From: Patescibacteria group bacterium
GTDB taxonomy: Bacteria > Patescibacteriota > Minisyncoccia > Phycocordibacterales > UBA918
Length of the DNA stretch: 64,000 nucleotides
Direction of reading: 5' to 3'
NCBI GenBank assembly: GCA_040386275.1
Contig: JAZKFU010000008.1
Location: forward strand, 108,591 to 172,590
The position numbers and the translations under genes are program-made. Below the pieces are notes generated by a model. That model saw only the letters and a program-made list of their open reading frames with translations. It was not told the DNA's origin and made no database searches. Shown piece after piece: positions 10,084-19,254 of this stretch; position 1 is the first letter of the stretch, and every line of letters starts with the position of its first letter.

Positions 10084-10365
10084 ATGGCAGAAGTAGCTCA
10101 AGCATCATTTTGGTTTGTGTATGTACTTCAGTGTAACGATGGTTCGCTGTATACGGGAGTGACTACTGATTTAGAACGGCGCGTAAAGGAACATAATGGG
10201 GAGGGGGCGAAAGGTAAGGGGGCGAAATATACCAAAGCTCACCGGCCTGTCACCTTAGTCTATTCTGAAAAAGCCACTAATCGTAGCGAAGCGCAAATTA
10301 AAGAAGCGGCTATTCGTAAATTATCACGAGCAGAAAAATTACGACTCAAGGTGCAAATCTCTTAG
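10084..10365 (+). CDS. GIY-YIG nuclease family protein (UPF0213-like)
   Basis: FWFVYVLQCNDGSLYTGVTTDLERRVKEHN matches the GIY-YIG core (Y-V-L...Y-T-G...R...E-H-N). Confidence 0.6.
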   Translation: MAEVAQASFWFVYVLQCNDGSLYTGVTTDLERRVKEHNGEGAKGKGAKYTKAHRPVTLVYSEKATNRSEAQIKEAAIRKLSRAEKLRLKVQIS

Positions 10366-10458
10366 ATTCTTTGCAACTTCCAAACTTATATGAAATTAAC
10401 GGTATTTCTCTTAATCTAGAAATGTGTAGTTGCATTATAGAAGTAAAGGCATACTATA

Positions 10459-10785
10459 GTGGCGGGACAGAATGTATGTAAGGGAAGGGAAAGTACTATG
10501 CTGATTGCACGAGTGGGTGGGGCGCTTTTGGGGTACGTACTGGCTGCTTATTGTGGCTATGTTGCGTTAGACTTTTTGGTTTCAACCCTTACCTTGTCTG
10601 GACGACCACTTACGGTGACCATGCCAGGAGTAATTGTGTTTGGGTTCTTGGCCTTCACATGTTTGCTTATTGGTATGATGTTTGACTACAAGCGACTTCA
10701 ACCGTTTGCTGAGTGGCTTAAGTCGTCTTTTGTGGCGTTAGGGATTATGAGTATCATTTGGATTCAGTTTATTCCATTACACTGA
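10459..10785 (+). CDS. hypothetical small membrane protein
   Basis: 108 aa with 3 hydrophobic helices. Confidence 0.3.
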   Translation: MAGQNVCKGRESTMLIARVGGALLGYVLAAYCGYVALDFLVSTLTLSGRPLTVTMPGVIVFGFLAFTCLLIGMMFDYKRLQPFAEWLKSSFVALGIMSIIWIQFIPLH

Positions 10786-10997
10786 AGGTTGCCAAATAAT
10801 GGGTCACGTCAAAACGTGGCCCATTCTCTATGGTCATTTATCTAAGTAGCTAAAGGAAAGAGAGGTAAATCAACCTCCGACATATACTAGACAAAACAGG
10901 CAAAAAACGGTATTGTATTTGGGTTTTCGGGCGCGCCCACTTTATCGCGCGCCTTTCTCTGTTTTATAAGGGCGAAACGTTTAATTATCATTTTATT

Positions 10998-12782
10998 ATG
11001 TCAAAAGAAATCCGCAATATTGCTATTATCGCTCACGTAGACCATGGAAAAACCACTCTCACTGATGCTCTGATGGAGCAAACAGGCGCTCGTGAAAAAG
11101 ACGCTTCAATGGATAGTAACGCGCTTGAACAAGAGCGGGGAATTACTATTTACGCGAAAAATACTTCAATTGAGTACAAGGATACAAAAATCAATATTGT
11201 GGATACCCCGGGTCACGCCGACTTTGGTTCTGAGGTAGAACGTGTATTGCGATCAATTGACTGTGTGTTATTGGTTGTAGACGCGCAAGAAGGTCCAATG
11301 CCTCAGACGCGCTTTGTGCTCAAGAAGTCCCTTGAACTTGGTCTTAAGCCAATTGTAGTGTTAAATAAAATCGACAAGCCAGCGGCTGACATTCCTCGAG
11401 CTGAAGAACAAGTACTTGAACTCTTCCTTGAACTTGGTGCTAACGACGAACAATGTGATTTCACTACTGTGTACGCTATTGGTCGTGAAGGAAAAGCCAA
11501 ACGAAATGTAAACGATGAAATGGTAGACCTTTCACCACTGCTTGATGTAATTTTGGAGCTCGTACCTCCAGCTCGAGCGTTTGTTCCTGGTGAAGCATTA
11601 CGCGCACAAGTATTTAACCTCGGGTATGACAACTTCCTCGGACGGCTCGCGGTAGCTCGTGTGTATGAAGGTTCAGTGAAAGCTAACCAACAATTGATTG
11701 TGAAGCATGAAGGACAAGACAACCGCAAAGGTAAGGTCGTTAAACTTAATACCTTTAAAGGAATTTCTAAAGTTGAGTCACCAGAAGTATTTGCTGGAGA
11801 CATTGTGATGATTGCCGGTTTTGAAGATATTAATATTGGAGACACGTTAACTGATTCCGATGCTGCCGTACCGTTGCCGGCTATCAAGGTAGACGAACCA
11901 ACTATTGCGCTCCAGTTTATGCCTAACAGTTCTCCGTTTGCAGGCCGTGAAGGGAAGTACGTGACGAGTCGTCAAATCAAGGAACGACTTGAAAAAGAAC
12001 TCCAAGTAAACGTAGGACTCCAAGTAAACTTTGATCAAGGAGATAGTTTTGAAGTACGTGGTCGTGGAGAAATGCACATCGCGATTCTGCTCGAAAACAT
12101 GCGTCGTGAAGGGTATGAACTTGCTGTGTCTCAACCACAGGTAATTATCAAGGAAATTGATGGCGTAAAATCTGAACCGTTTGAAGAAGTGACGGTTGAT
12201 ATTCCATCAGAATTCCAGGGGGCCGTAATTGAACGATTGGGAACCCGTGCGTTTACAATGACCAATATGATTATGCATGAAAACCAAGTGCGTATCATGC
12301 TGGAAGGACCAACGCGAGGACTCCTTGGATACAAGAACCAATTTGTGGTTGATACTAAAGGTGACGGAATCCTAGCGTCACGAGTACTTGGGTTCCGCCC
12401 GTATGCTGGTGAAATTAAGAAGCGCCAAGTGGGATCAATGATCTCAATGGTGCAAGGTAAAGCGCTTGGATTTGCGCTCTATGGACTGCAAGACCGCGGC
12501 CAGCTCTACATTACTGCGGGAACTGAAGTGTATGAAGGAATGGTTATCGGAAATACCAGTAAAGGTGAGGAAATGACCGTAAACCCAACCAAAGGTAAAC
12601 AGCTCACGAACATGCGTTCATCAGGAACCGACGAAGCGATTAACCTGGTAAACCCACGCATTGTGTCTATCGAAATTGGACTCGAAATCATGGCTGACGA
12701 CGAATACCTCGAAGTTACTCCACAATCTGTGCGCCTCCGAAAAGCAAAATTGAAAGAAGGCGACCGAAAGAGAGGAAGTTAA
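10998..12782 (+). CDS. typA: GTP-binding translational GTPase TypA/BipA
   Basis: AIIAHVDHGKTTL, DTPGHADF and NKID G-motifs; 594 aa with EF-G-like domain layout. Confidence 0.9.
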   Translation: MSKEIRNIAIIAHVDHGKTTLTDALMEQTGAREKDASMDSNALEQERGITIYAKNTSIEYKDTKINIVDTPGHADFGSEVERVLRSIDCVLLVVDAQEGPMPQTRFVLKKSLELGLKPIVVLNKIDKPAADIPRAEEQVLELFLELGANDEQCDFTTVYAIGREGKAKRNVNDEMVDLSPLLDVILELVPPARAFVPGEALRAQVFNLGYDNFLGRLAVARVYEGSVKANQQLIVKHEGQDNRKGKVVKLNTFKGISKVESPEVFAGDIVMIAGFEDINIGDTLTDSDAAVPLPAIKVDEPTIALQFMPNSSPFAGREGKYVTSRQIKERLEKELQVNVGLQVNFDQGDSFEVRGRGEMHIAILLENMRREGYELAVSQPQVIIKEIDGVKSEPFEEVTVDIPSEFQGAVIERLGTRAFTMTNMIMHENQVRIMLEGPTRGLLGYKNQFVVDTKGDGILASRVLGFRPYAGEIKKRQVGSMISMVQGKALGFALYGLQDRGQLYITAGTEVYEGMVIGNTSKGEEMTVNPTKGKQLTNMRSSGTDEAINLVNPRIVSIEIGLEIMADDEYLEVTPQSVRLRKAKLKEGDRKRGS

Positions 12783-12792
12783 CGATTAAAAA

Positions 12793-12822
12793 AACGACCC
12801 CACCTGGGGTTGTTTTTTTATT
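12793..12822 (+). terminator. Rho-independent terminator after typA
   Basis: ACCCCA-CC-TGGGGT hairpin followed by TGTTTTTTTATTTT. Confidence 0.6.
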
Positions 12823-12848
12823 TTCCAATATAACTACCGTAACTTTTA

Positions 12849-13322
12849 TTGGGGTTTACAAGTATTACTATGTGTAGTACGGTAGCGAAAGAAACGAACT
12901 CAAATATAGGAAGTACCCACATGGAGTCGAATAATTCAGCTCATGTTGTCGATACGCCTCGTTCTGACCAACTCAACGAAGTAGAAAAGGTAAGTACCTA
13001 CAAGAAGTCGATACAAAATGAAAATATCGTTGACGCGCTTGTTCGAATCCAGCCGAACGACAAAGTAGTCTACGCCCAATTTGCGGTGGGTCAGTCACCC
13101 GTGATTAACCGCTTTATTGAACGTATGGTGAATCGTTTGGAGAAAGAAAAAGTTCTGATGCGATTCAATAAGCGTTCCGCGGATGGCCAAAGCGTTGCCT
13201 TGATTGCGGTCGGGGTTACGCCAGCAATTTGCAAACTGATTGAGGGTGAGATCAAACGGCTTGAAAGTATAAAGCCAGCCCCAGTCGATGTAGAAGAAGA
13301 GTTGATGAAAATCTACGGATGA
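12849..13322 (+). CDS. hypothetical protein (start uncertain)
   Basis: 157 aa ORF, followed by hairpin GGCCGCTTTTTGC...GCAAAAAAGCGGCC. Confidence 0.3.
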   Translation: MGFTSITMCSTVAKETNSNIGSTHMESNNSAHVVDTPRSDQLNEVEKVSTYKKSIQNENIVDALVRIQPNDKVVYAQFAVGQSPVINRFIERMVNRLEKEKVLMRFNKRSADGQSVALIAVGVTPAICKLIEGEIKRLESIKPAPVDVEEELMKIYG

Positions 13323-13446
13323 AGCCAGGCCGCTTTTTGCTCACCATGCAAAAAAGCGGCCTTTCCTTTGTTCTTGCAATCAAACATTGGAAACCCATAC
13401 AAAACAACAATTCACTCACGAGTAACTCTGTAGGGATTCACTTTAC

Positions 13447-13482
13447 AAAAACGCGCGAACTAAAGTTCGCGCGTTTTTTTAT
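13447..13482. terminator. bidirectional terminator downstream of the pseudouridine synthase gene
   Basis: ACGCGCGAAC-TAAA-GTTCGCGCGT perfect hairpin flanked by A-run and T-run. Confidence 0.6.
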
Positions 13483-14189
13483 TGTAGGTTAAGGAGGGTT
13501 AAAAAATCTTTCAGTTCTGGTCCGGTAATTTTCCGGTACTGATTGGGTTTAATATTTTTTAGTTCAATATTAGCTATGCGCACCCGTTTGAGGTTTTTTA
13601 CTTGGTACCCAAGCGCAGCACACATCCGTCTGATTTGGTGTTTTTTTCCTTCAGTGAGAGTAATGTTAAATTTATGTTCGTTTTTAGTTGAAGGCTTTAC
13701 GATGGTGGGCTTGGTTTGGTAGCCTTCAATATCAACTCCATTTTGCATTAAGTGTACAAATAACGTGGAGATTTTTTTGTCTACTTCTACTTGGTATTCC
13801 TTTTCAACACCTGATTCAGGAGAGAGGAGGGGAGCGGTAATCCGTCCATCACTGGTTACAATAATGAGTCCTTCAGAAGCTTTGTCTAACCGTCCCACCG
13901 GAGCCATATTGGTAATACCAAAGTCACGTTCAAGACGCATCACAATATCAACCTCTTTTTCGTTTGGTGAGTGAGAGATAGTCCCGCGACCTTTATAGTA
14001 AGCAAGATACTGTTTGTCCTTGGTTTCGCCTTTGATGGTCACGACGTCAGTAGCTTCTACTTGCTGGCCGGCAACGGCTTTTTTGCCATTAATGAGAACC
14101 TGTCGTTTTTCAACGAGTAGGTCAGCTTCACGACGGGACGCAATGCCAGTGTGAGCTAGATATTTGTTTACACGCATCGGGAATTCCAT
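13479..14189 (-). CDS. rRNA pseudouridine synthase, RsuA/RluB family (S4 domain plus catalytic domain)
   Basis: N-terminal S4-like RVNKYLAHTGIASRREAD and catalytic VGRLDKASEGLIIVTSDG. Confidence 0.8.
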   Translation of the reverse strand: MEFPMRVNKYLAHTGIASRREADLLVEKRQVLINGKKAVAGQQVEATDVVTIKGETKDKQYLAYYKGRGTISHSPNEKEVDIVMRLERDFGITNMAPVGRLDKASEGLIIVTSDGRITAPLLSPESGVEKEYQVEVDKKISTLFVHLMQNGVDIEGYQTKPTIVKPSTKNEHKFNITLTEGKKHQIRRMCAALGYQVKNLKRVRIANIELKNIKPNQYRKITGPELKDFLTLLNLQ

Positions 14190-14288
14190 AGAAAAAAATT
14201 ATATCACAAAATTATCATTTTGCAATGATACAGCCAGTATATATGTCAAACGCAAGGATTGTGTCCTTGCGTTGCTACTACCAAACTC

Positions 14289-14864
14289 TTATTTCTTGAG
14301 GGAAACCTCAGGCGTTTTATAGTATTGCAGTTCAGTGGGATTGAGTCGGGCTTCAATCCGTTTTTTGTTATCAATCATTGTAAAGGGAAGGGAAGTCATA
14401 AGTAGGGAGACGTCATCTTTTTGGGTGGTCTTACTTAAATCAACCAGGGCTACCATCGTAAAGGTGCCTGATTTACCTTTAGGTAAATAGTAACGACCGT
14501 CTTTAATTTCGGCATCTGATACCACAATGGCCTTTGATTTGCCTGGTAATACCGTGTAATTAAGACTGGCGGTGGCGGTATTTGACGTTAAGATTGAAGT
14601 GGTGGCTTTGGCTTCGTTCATACCGTTAAATAAAATACTATAGCCAGCATCAGTACCCTTGTCATCAAAGTCTTTATTGCGGTCCGCCATAATAGGCATA
14701 TATACTTCTCGGTTTAAAAAACCAAAGGTATACGATACGGTAAACAGGGCAGTGCCATTACCAAGGTCAACAGCTGTTTGTCCGGTCGTCTTATACGCGT
14801 GGGTGGCGCTCGGTGCAATGAGGGCTCCTAGTAACAGCGTAACTCCAAAAATATATGATTTCAT
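14289..14864 (-). CDS. hypothetical secreted protein
   Basis: Signal peptide MKSYIFGVTLLLGALIAPSATHA; terminator hairpin AACGCAAGGA-TTGTGT-CCTTGCGTT downstream. Confidence 0.4.
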   Translation of the reverse strand: MKSYIFGVTLLLGALIAPSATHAYKTTGQTAVDLGNGTALFTVSYTFGFLNREVYMPIMADRNKDFDDKGTDAGYSILFNGMNEAKATTSILTSNTATASLNYTVLPGKSKAIVVSDAEIKDGRYYLPKGKSGTFTMVALVDLSKTTQKDDVSLLMTSLPFTMIDNKKRIEARLNPTELQYYKTPEVSLKK

Positions 14865-14935
14865 AGCTCTATGGTACTACACCTTATAGGCAACGCAAAA
14901 CTGAAATAATATAATGGTATAGTACGTAATACTAT

Positions 14936-15535
14936 ATGCTGTCACCCGAGATAATTACTGATTTATCGGACGAGGAAATCGTTACGCGAACGCTGCATGA
15001 TCGCAGTTACTTTGAAGTGATTGTTGAGCGTTTTGAAGAGAAGTTGCAACGATACATCAGACGACTTGGCGTGAGTGTTCATGAAGATAGGCAAGATTTA
15101 TTGCAGGAGATTTTTATTAAGGTCTATAAAAACCTCAATGGGTTTGATCGAAATCTCTCATTTTCTTCCTGGATTTATCGGATTGCGCACAACGAAGTTA
15201 TCTCGTGGTACCGTAAAAAAAGTGTTCGACCAGAGGGGCATATGTCTGGTGATATCGACGAATTATTTTTATTTATCCCGGATACCATGGCGAACGCTGA
15301 ACAACTGGTTGATTCGAGTATTGATGCCAAGTTGCTTCACCAGGCACTGACTACTCTCGAAGCAAGGTACCGGGACCCCATCATCCTTCGCTTTTTTGAA
15401 TATAAAGAATATGATGAAATTTCCGATATTTTAAAAATACCCATCGGTACTGTCGGTACCCTCATCTCCCGCGGAAAGAAAAAGCTCGAATCACTCCTTT
15501 CTCCCACAAAACTCTCCGTAACCCCACCATCATGA
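14936..15535 (+). CDS. RNA polymerase sigma-70 factor, ECF subfamily
   Basis: Region 2 (IFIKVYKNLNGFDRNLSFSSWIYRIAHNEVISWYRKK) and region 4 HTH (EYDEISDILKIPIGTVGTLISRGKKKL). Confidence 0.75.
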   Translation: MLSPEIITDLSDEEIVTRTLHDRSYFEVIVERFEEKLQRYIRRLGVSVHEDRQDLLQEIFIKVYKNLNGFDRNLSFSSWIYRIAHNEVISWYRKKSVRPEGHMSGDIDELFLFIPDTMANAEQLVDSSIDAKLLHQALTTLEARYRDPIILRFFEYKEYDEISDILKIPIGTVGTLISRGKKKLESLLSPTKLSVTPPS

Positions 15536-16431
15536 CAACACCATTAATTCCTCCATACGCATCCGAGACAAAGCCCAGTACCGCGGTACGGGTGTTAGAA
15601 CGTATTGAACAAGAGGCGATTACGCCCACACCTCGGTGGCAGTTCTTTGTTGGTGAAGGCATATTGTGGCTAATTTGGCTCGGTACCGTGATTTTTGGTT
15701 CAGCCGCCTTATCGGTGACGGCGTATGTAGCCTTAAGCGCCACCTACGCCCTCTATGAAGCGACTCACGAAAATTTTGTCACCTTCCTCATACAAAGTAT
15801 GCCGTATTTATGGCTCGTGCTTTTCTCCTTGATGGCGTACTTAACGGTGTTTGAGGTCAAAAAAACCAAACGTGGCTATCGGTACGGGACGTTTGTTATT
15901 CTCGGTAGTAGTCTTGCGTGTACTGTCATCGGCTCGGTTCTATTTCATGCACTGGGGTTGGGATATGTAGTTGATCGTACGTTGGGGCAACAAATATCCA
16001 TGTATATGTCTATGGAAAAAAGTGAACGAAAAATGTGGCAAATGCCTGCCAAGGGTAGACTACTCGGTGAAATTCACACTCCCGAATCAGGAGGGGAGAA
16101 CGAGGTAATTAACTTTAAAGATACAACCGGAGCCTTGTGGCGTATATCCGACGGGGAAATGACTGATAAAGAACGCACCTTATTACTATCGGGAGCAACG
16201 GTGCGGTTGTTGGGTACGACAACCAGTGAATTTTCCTTTCATGTCTGTGGTGTGTTCCCGTGGTTGCAGGGTAAGGCCATGGGTCGACGCGAATTAATGC
16301 AGGAACGCCAAGAATTTGACGATATGTTAGCGGCCCATAGGCGCATGATGGAGGGGAATAGACCTCCCAATGTGCCCGTAGAGAGCGTTTGCTCCCATTT
16401 GGAGATGATGAGTCGTTTACAAGCGCGCTAA
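15532..16431 (+). CDS. putative anti-sigma factor / membrane protein translationally coupled to the ECF sigma gene
   Basis: 4-nt overlap with the sigma gene stop; multi-TM protein with soluble C-terminal domain; function inferred from context only. Confidence 0.4.
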   Translation: MTTPLIPPYASETKPSTAVRVLERIEQEAITPTPRWQFFVGEGILWLIWLGTVIFGSAALSVTAYVALSATYALYEATHENFVTFLIQSMPYLWLVLFSLMAYLTVFEVKKTKRGYRYGTFVILGSSLACTVIGSVLFHALGLGYVVDRTLGQQISMYMSMEKSERKMWQMPAKGRLLGEIHTPESGGENEVINFKDTTGALWRISDGEMTDKERTLLLSGATVRLLGTTTSEFSFHVCGVFPWLQGKAMGRRELMQERQEFDDMLAAHRRMMEGNRPPNVPVESVCSHLEMMSRLQAR

Positions 16432-16558
16432 TGTATCGACACCATAATCACACCGTGTTCTATATTAGAATATTATTTTTAGTGTCCGGCAATATGGTAA
16501 AAATAGGGCTCTAAATAAAGATATTATTGAAGCATTCACGGGCCATAAGGCGCCGATT

Positions 16559-16590
16559 TGATTGACATAAGGTGATAAATATGCTATTAT
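16559..16590 (+). promoter_or_regulatory. sigma-70-like promoter (TTGACA-17-TATTAT) upstream of the transglycosylase-like gene
   Basis: Consensus -35 TTGACA and -10 TATTAT with 17 nt spacer. Confidence 0.45.
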
Positions 16591-16702
16591 CTTAAAACCA
16601 GCAAAATCGTGATAGGATAGTGCGGTTACAAGGTATCAGCTTGTATTTATAACTTAAGACAATTGGCTTATTATATCCACTCTAATCCTCGCTGCGCTCT
16701 CA

Positions 16703-17119
16703 GTGTCAACCGCTTATGCAGTCCCACAGAGTGCCGCGTATGGAAAGATTGTGACTGACTCGAGTAAAGTAGTAACGGCTGAAACGAAAGCAAAACCGGT
16801 ATTGGTAAATACTGAAGCAATTGTTCGAAACTACTTCAAAGATATTCCAGTCATGATCCAGGTGGCTCGTTGTGAATCGACTTTTCAGCATACCCTTGCT
16901 GACGGATCGGTTCTCCGCGGTAAGGTAGACAGTGCGGATACGGGTGTTATGCAAATTAACAAACGGTATCACGCGGCTACTGCAGCTGCTCTCGGGCTAG
17001 ACCTTCATGATATTTACGACAACATGGCCTATGCCCGACATCTCTATGAGAAGCAGGGAACACAGCCTTGGAATGCGTCGGCTCCTTGTTGGGCACAGAC
17101 GCTAGCCGTAAACATCTAG
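16703..17119 (+). CDS. lytic transglycosylase-like (SLT-domain) protein; GTG start in track, in-frame signal-peptide-like extension upstream lacks a canonical start
   Basis: ARCESTFQH...GVMQIN resembles the SLT catalytic Glu/Ser and GLMQI motifs. Confidence 0.55.
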   Translation: MSTAYAVPQSAAYGKIVTDSSKVVTAETKAKPVLVNTEAIVRNYFKDIPVMIQVARCESTFQHTLADGSVLRGKVDSADTGVMQINKRYHAATAAALGLDLHDIYDNMAYARHLYEKQGTQPWNASAPCWAQTLAVNI

Positions 17120-17258
17120 TAGTTATTCCAAAAATTCCTACCTACTGCGTTGCCTGCGTCGAGAATTCATTCACCGTACAAAAAGTACGGCTCACGAATT
17201 CTCTCCTGGTCGCCTTGTATCTAGAAATTTTAGAAACAACTATATCTCCACGAAACTC

Positions 17259-17288
17259 AAAAAGAACCCCGTACGGGGTTCTTTTTGT
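17259..17288. terminator. bidirectional terminator
   Basis: AAAAAGAACCCC-GTAC-GGGGTTCTTTTT perfect hairpin with flanking A/T runs. Confidence 0.6.
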
Positions 17289-17310
17289 ATCTGCTATACT
17301 GAGGGTTATT

Positions 17311-17775
17311 ATGGCAAAGACACCTAATTACTGGATTATGAAGAGTGAGCCTGATGAGTTTAGTATTGATGATTTGCAGAAAAAGAACGTGTCCATTTGG
17401 GATGGGATTCGTAACTATCAGGTACGGAATATGATTCGGGATGGTATGAATGTTGGGGACCGGGCGTTCTTTTATCATTCGAGCACTAAAGATATCGGCA
17501 TAGTGGGGGAGATGGAGGTGGTAGAGCGTGCCTATCCCGACCCGTCACAGTTTAAGGCTAGCAGTAAGTATTTTGATAAGGGTTCTAAACCTGATAATCC
17601 ACGCTGGCTGTCATTTGATGTGCAGTTTGTAGCAAAGTTTCCTCGACTGCTTTCTCTCGCAGAATTAAAACTAAATCCAAAATTTGAAACCCTGCCTCTC
17701 GTCAGGAAAGGGAATAGACTCTCCATCATGCCGATTACCAAAGCTCACTATGAAGCTATTAAAAAAGCGATATAA
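17311..17775 (+). CDS. EVE domain (PUA-like) protein
   Basis: MAKTPNYWIMKSEPDEFSIDDL...WDGIRNYQVRNMIRDGMNVGDRAFFYHS is a typical EVE-domain N-terminus; start chosen at the internal ATG after the terminator. Confidence 0.65.
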   Translation: MAKTPNYWIMKSEPDEFSIDDLQKKNVSIWDGIRNYQVRNMIRDGMNVGDRAFFYHSSTKDIGIVGEMEVVERAYPDPSQFKASSKYFDKGSKPDNPRWLSFDVQFVAKFPRLLSLAELKLNPKFETLPLVRKGNRLSIMPITKAHYEAIKKAI

Positions 17776-17781
17776 ATTATT

Positions 17782-18069
17782 ATGGCAAAAGTAAATCGAG
17801 CCGCTGAAGTTAAAAAGTTTACCGATATCCCTAACGTAGGGAAGGCGATGGAGCGAGATTTTCTATTTCTGGGTGTAACATCACCAGTGCAATTAAAGAA
17901 GCTCGATGCCTACACTCTCTACCAAAAAATGTGCAAAAAGAGTGGAACCCGCCAAGACCCCTGTGTGCTAGATACCTACCTAGCTGTCATCGACTTTATG
18001 AACGGGGGCCCCGCTAAACCATGGTTTTACTACACAAAAGATAGAAAGAAACGTTTTCCTAATGTATAA
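17782..18069 (+). CDS. Cdd1-like helix-hairpin-helix (pathogenicity-locus family) small protein
   Basis: IPNVGKAMERDFLFLGV...QDPCVLDTYLAVIDFMNGGPAKPWFYYT resembles PF11731-like HhH proteins (recalled from memory, not searched). Confidence 0.45.
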   Translation: MAKVNRAAEVKKFTDIPNVGKAMERDFLFLGVTSPVQLKKLDAYTLYQKMCKKSGTRQDPCVLDTYLAVIDFMNGGPAKPWFYYTKDRKKRFPNV

Positions 18070-18137
18070 CTTTTACATAATACTAATTAAAAACATATAT
18101 TATTGACTGTTTGTGATAAAATTTACCTAGATCAGAA

Positions 18138-18728
18138 ATGGAGGATCAAATGGTACTGGCTCTCGTGATAGCACTCACTCTGGGGGCTGGACTCATTTCA
18201 GCTTCTTTCTTTGAATGGGCTGTGCATAAATACTTGCTGCACCGTCCAATATCGTACTTTAAAATTTGGTTTGAAGGTCACACGAGAATTCATCATATGA
18301 AATTTAAGTTTGATCATCGATATCACCTGCAACATGATGATGATAAGGAAATCATTGACATGAAGCGGTGGGCGCTTGTGCTGATTGGATTTGGTTCACT
18401 CCCGTATTTTGTGGTTATGGCTTTATTCGATTTTCCGCATGAGTGGGTAATGGTACTTACGGGTACGCTTTTATCAACATTGTATTATATAGCGTATGAG
18501 TATTTGCACTGGTGTATGCACCTTCCTAAAGAGCGTCGTTTAGAAAAGTCATGGCTGTTTCGGCGCTTAAACGGTCATCATCTGTTGCATCATCGCTTTA
18601 TGGGTAAAAACTACAATGTCGTGTTTCCATTTGCCGATTGGTGTATGGGCACATTGATGGCGCGATCAACGGTTCACTTCAAGCAACCAAAAGGGCCGTT
18701 CATAGCTGATGTGCAACCGCTCTCATGA
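18138..18728 (+). CDS. fatty acid hydroxylase superfamily membrane protein (His-box di-iron enzyme)
   Basis: His boxes HKYLLH, HTRIHHMKFKFDHRYH, HWCMH and GHHLLHHRF embedded in TM helices. Confidence 0.55.
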   Translation: MEDQMVLALVIALTLGAGLISASFFEWAVHKYLLHRPISYFKIWFEGHTRIHHMKFKFDHRYHLQHDDDKEIIDMKRWALVLIGFGSLPYFVVMALFDFPHEWVMVLTGTLLSTLYYIAYEYLHWCMHLPKERRLEKSWLFRRLNGHHLLHHRFMGKNYNVVFPFADWCMGTLMARSTVHFKQPKGPFIADVQPLS

Positions 18729-18749
18729 TGCTGCGATGAGAAGAAACAA

Positions 18750-18790
18750 ATATATCTGGGCCTGCACATGGGCCCAGATATTTCTATTTT
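18750..18790. terminator. bidirectional terminator
   Basis: ATATCTGGGCC-TGCACAT-GGGCCCAGATAT perfect 11-12 bp hairpin with flanking A/T runs. Confidence 0.55.
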
Positions 18791-18836
18791 AAAAATAAAT
18801 CATTTGATGGTATAGAACCAGGTGATTTTTTATAGC

Positions 18837-19211
18837 TTACTGGTAGCTTTTTATTAAAGCGTATTTATTTTTATGCGCGATACCTAGATAGAGGAAGGCA
18901 GGTAGTATTGCCCACAACATGCCCGGGAATCCACTATAAGCACTGTAAAGAACAAGACCCACTAATGAGAGTCCAGCTAACAGTAGAGCAGTGCATTTAC
19001 TATGTGCTTGAGCTGGTTTGTAGAATAGTGCAACAATTAAAATTACTGCCAAAAGAATTTGGGTAATGCCTAAGCCAAGCCAAAAGGGTGAGGGTAGGGT
19101 AGAGAAGGCCTGCGAAGTCGCTAGTACATCATAATTTCCCATCATATACAGAGCGCCTGTTATGGTATACAAGGCAATTAAAACTTGAGATATGTTTAAA
19201 GCTATTTTCAT
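18837..19211 (-). CDS. hypothetical small membrane protein (DoxX-like?)
   Basis: 124 aa, 4 TM helices. Confidence 0.35.
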   Translation of the reverse strand: MKIALNISQVLIALYTITGALYMMGNYDVLATSQAFSTLPSPFWLGLGITQILLAVILIVALFYKPAQAHSKCTALLLAGLSLVGLVLYSAYSGFPGMLWAILPAFLYLGIAHKNKYALIKSYQ

Positions 19212-19254
19212 AAATACTATTACATTGATTATATAAGAGTAGTATACATCATCC

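Noticed and set aside
11303-12334. Several antisense ORFs inside typA (and similar antisense or alternate-frame ORFs inside dnaK, mraY-ftsW, pepA, alaS, rpoA, rpsK)
   Set aside because: They overlap strongly supported conserved genes on the opposite strand or frame, with biased, repetitive translations; spurious
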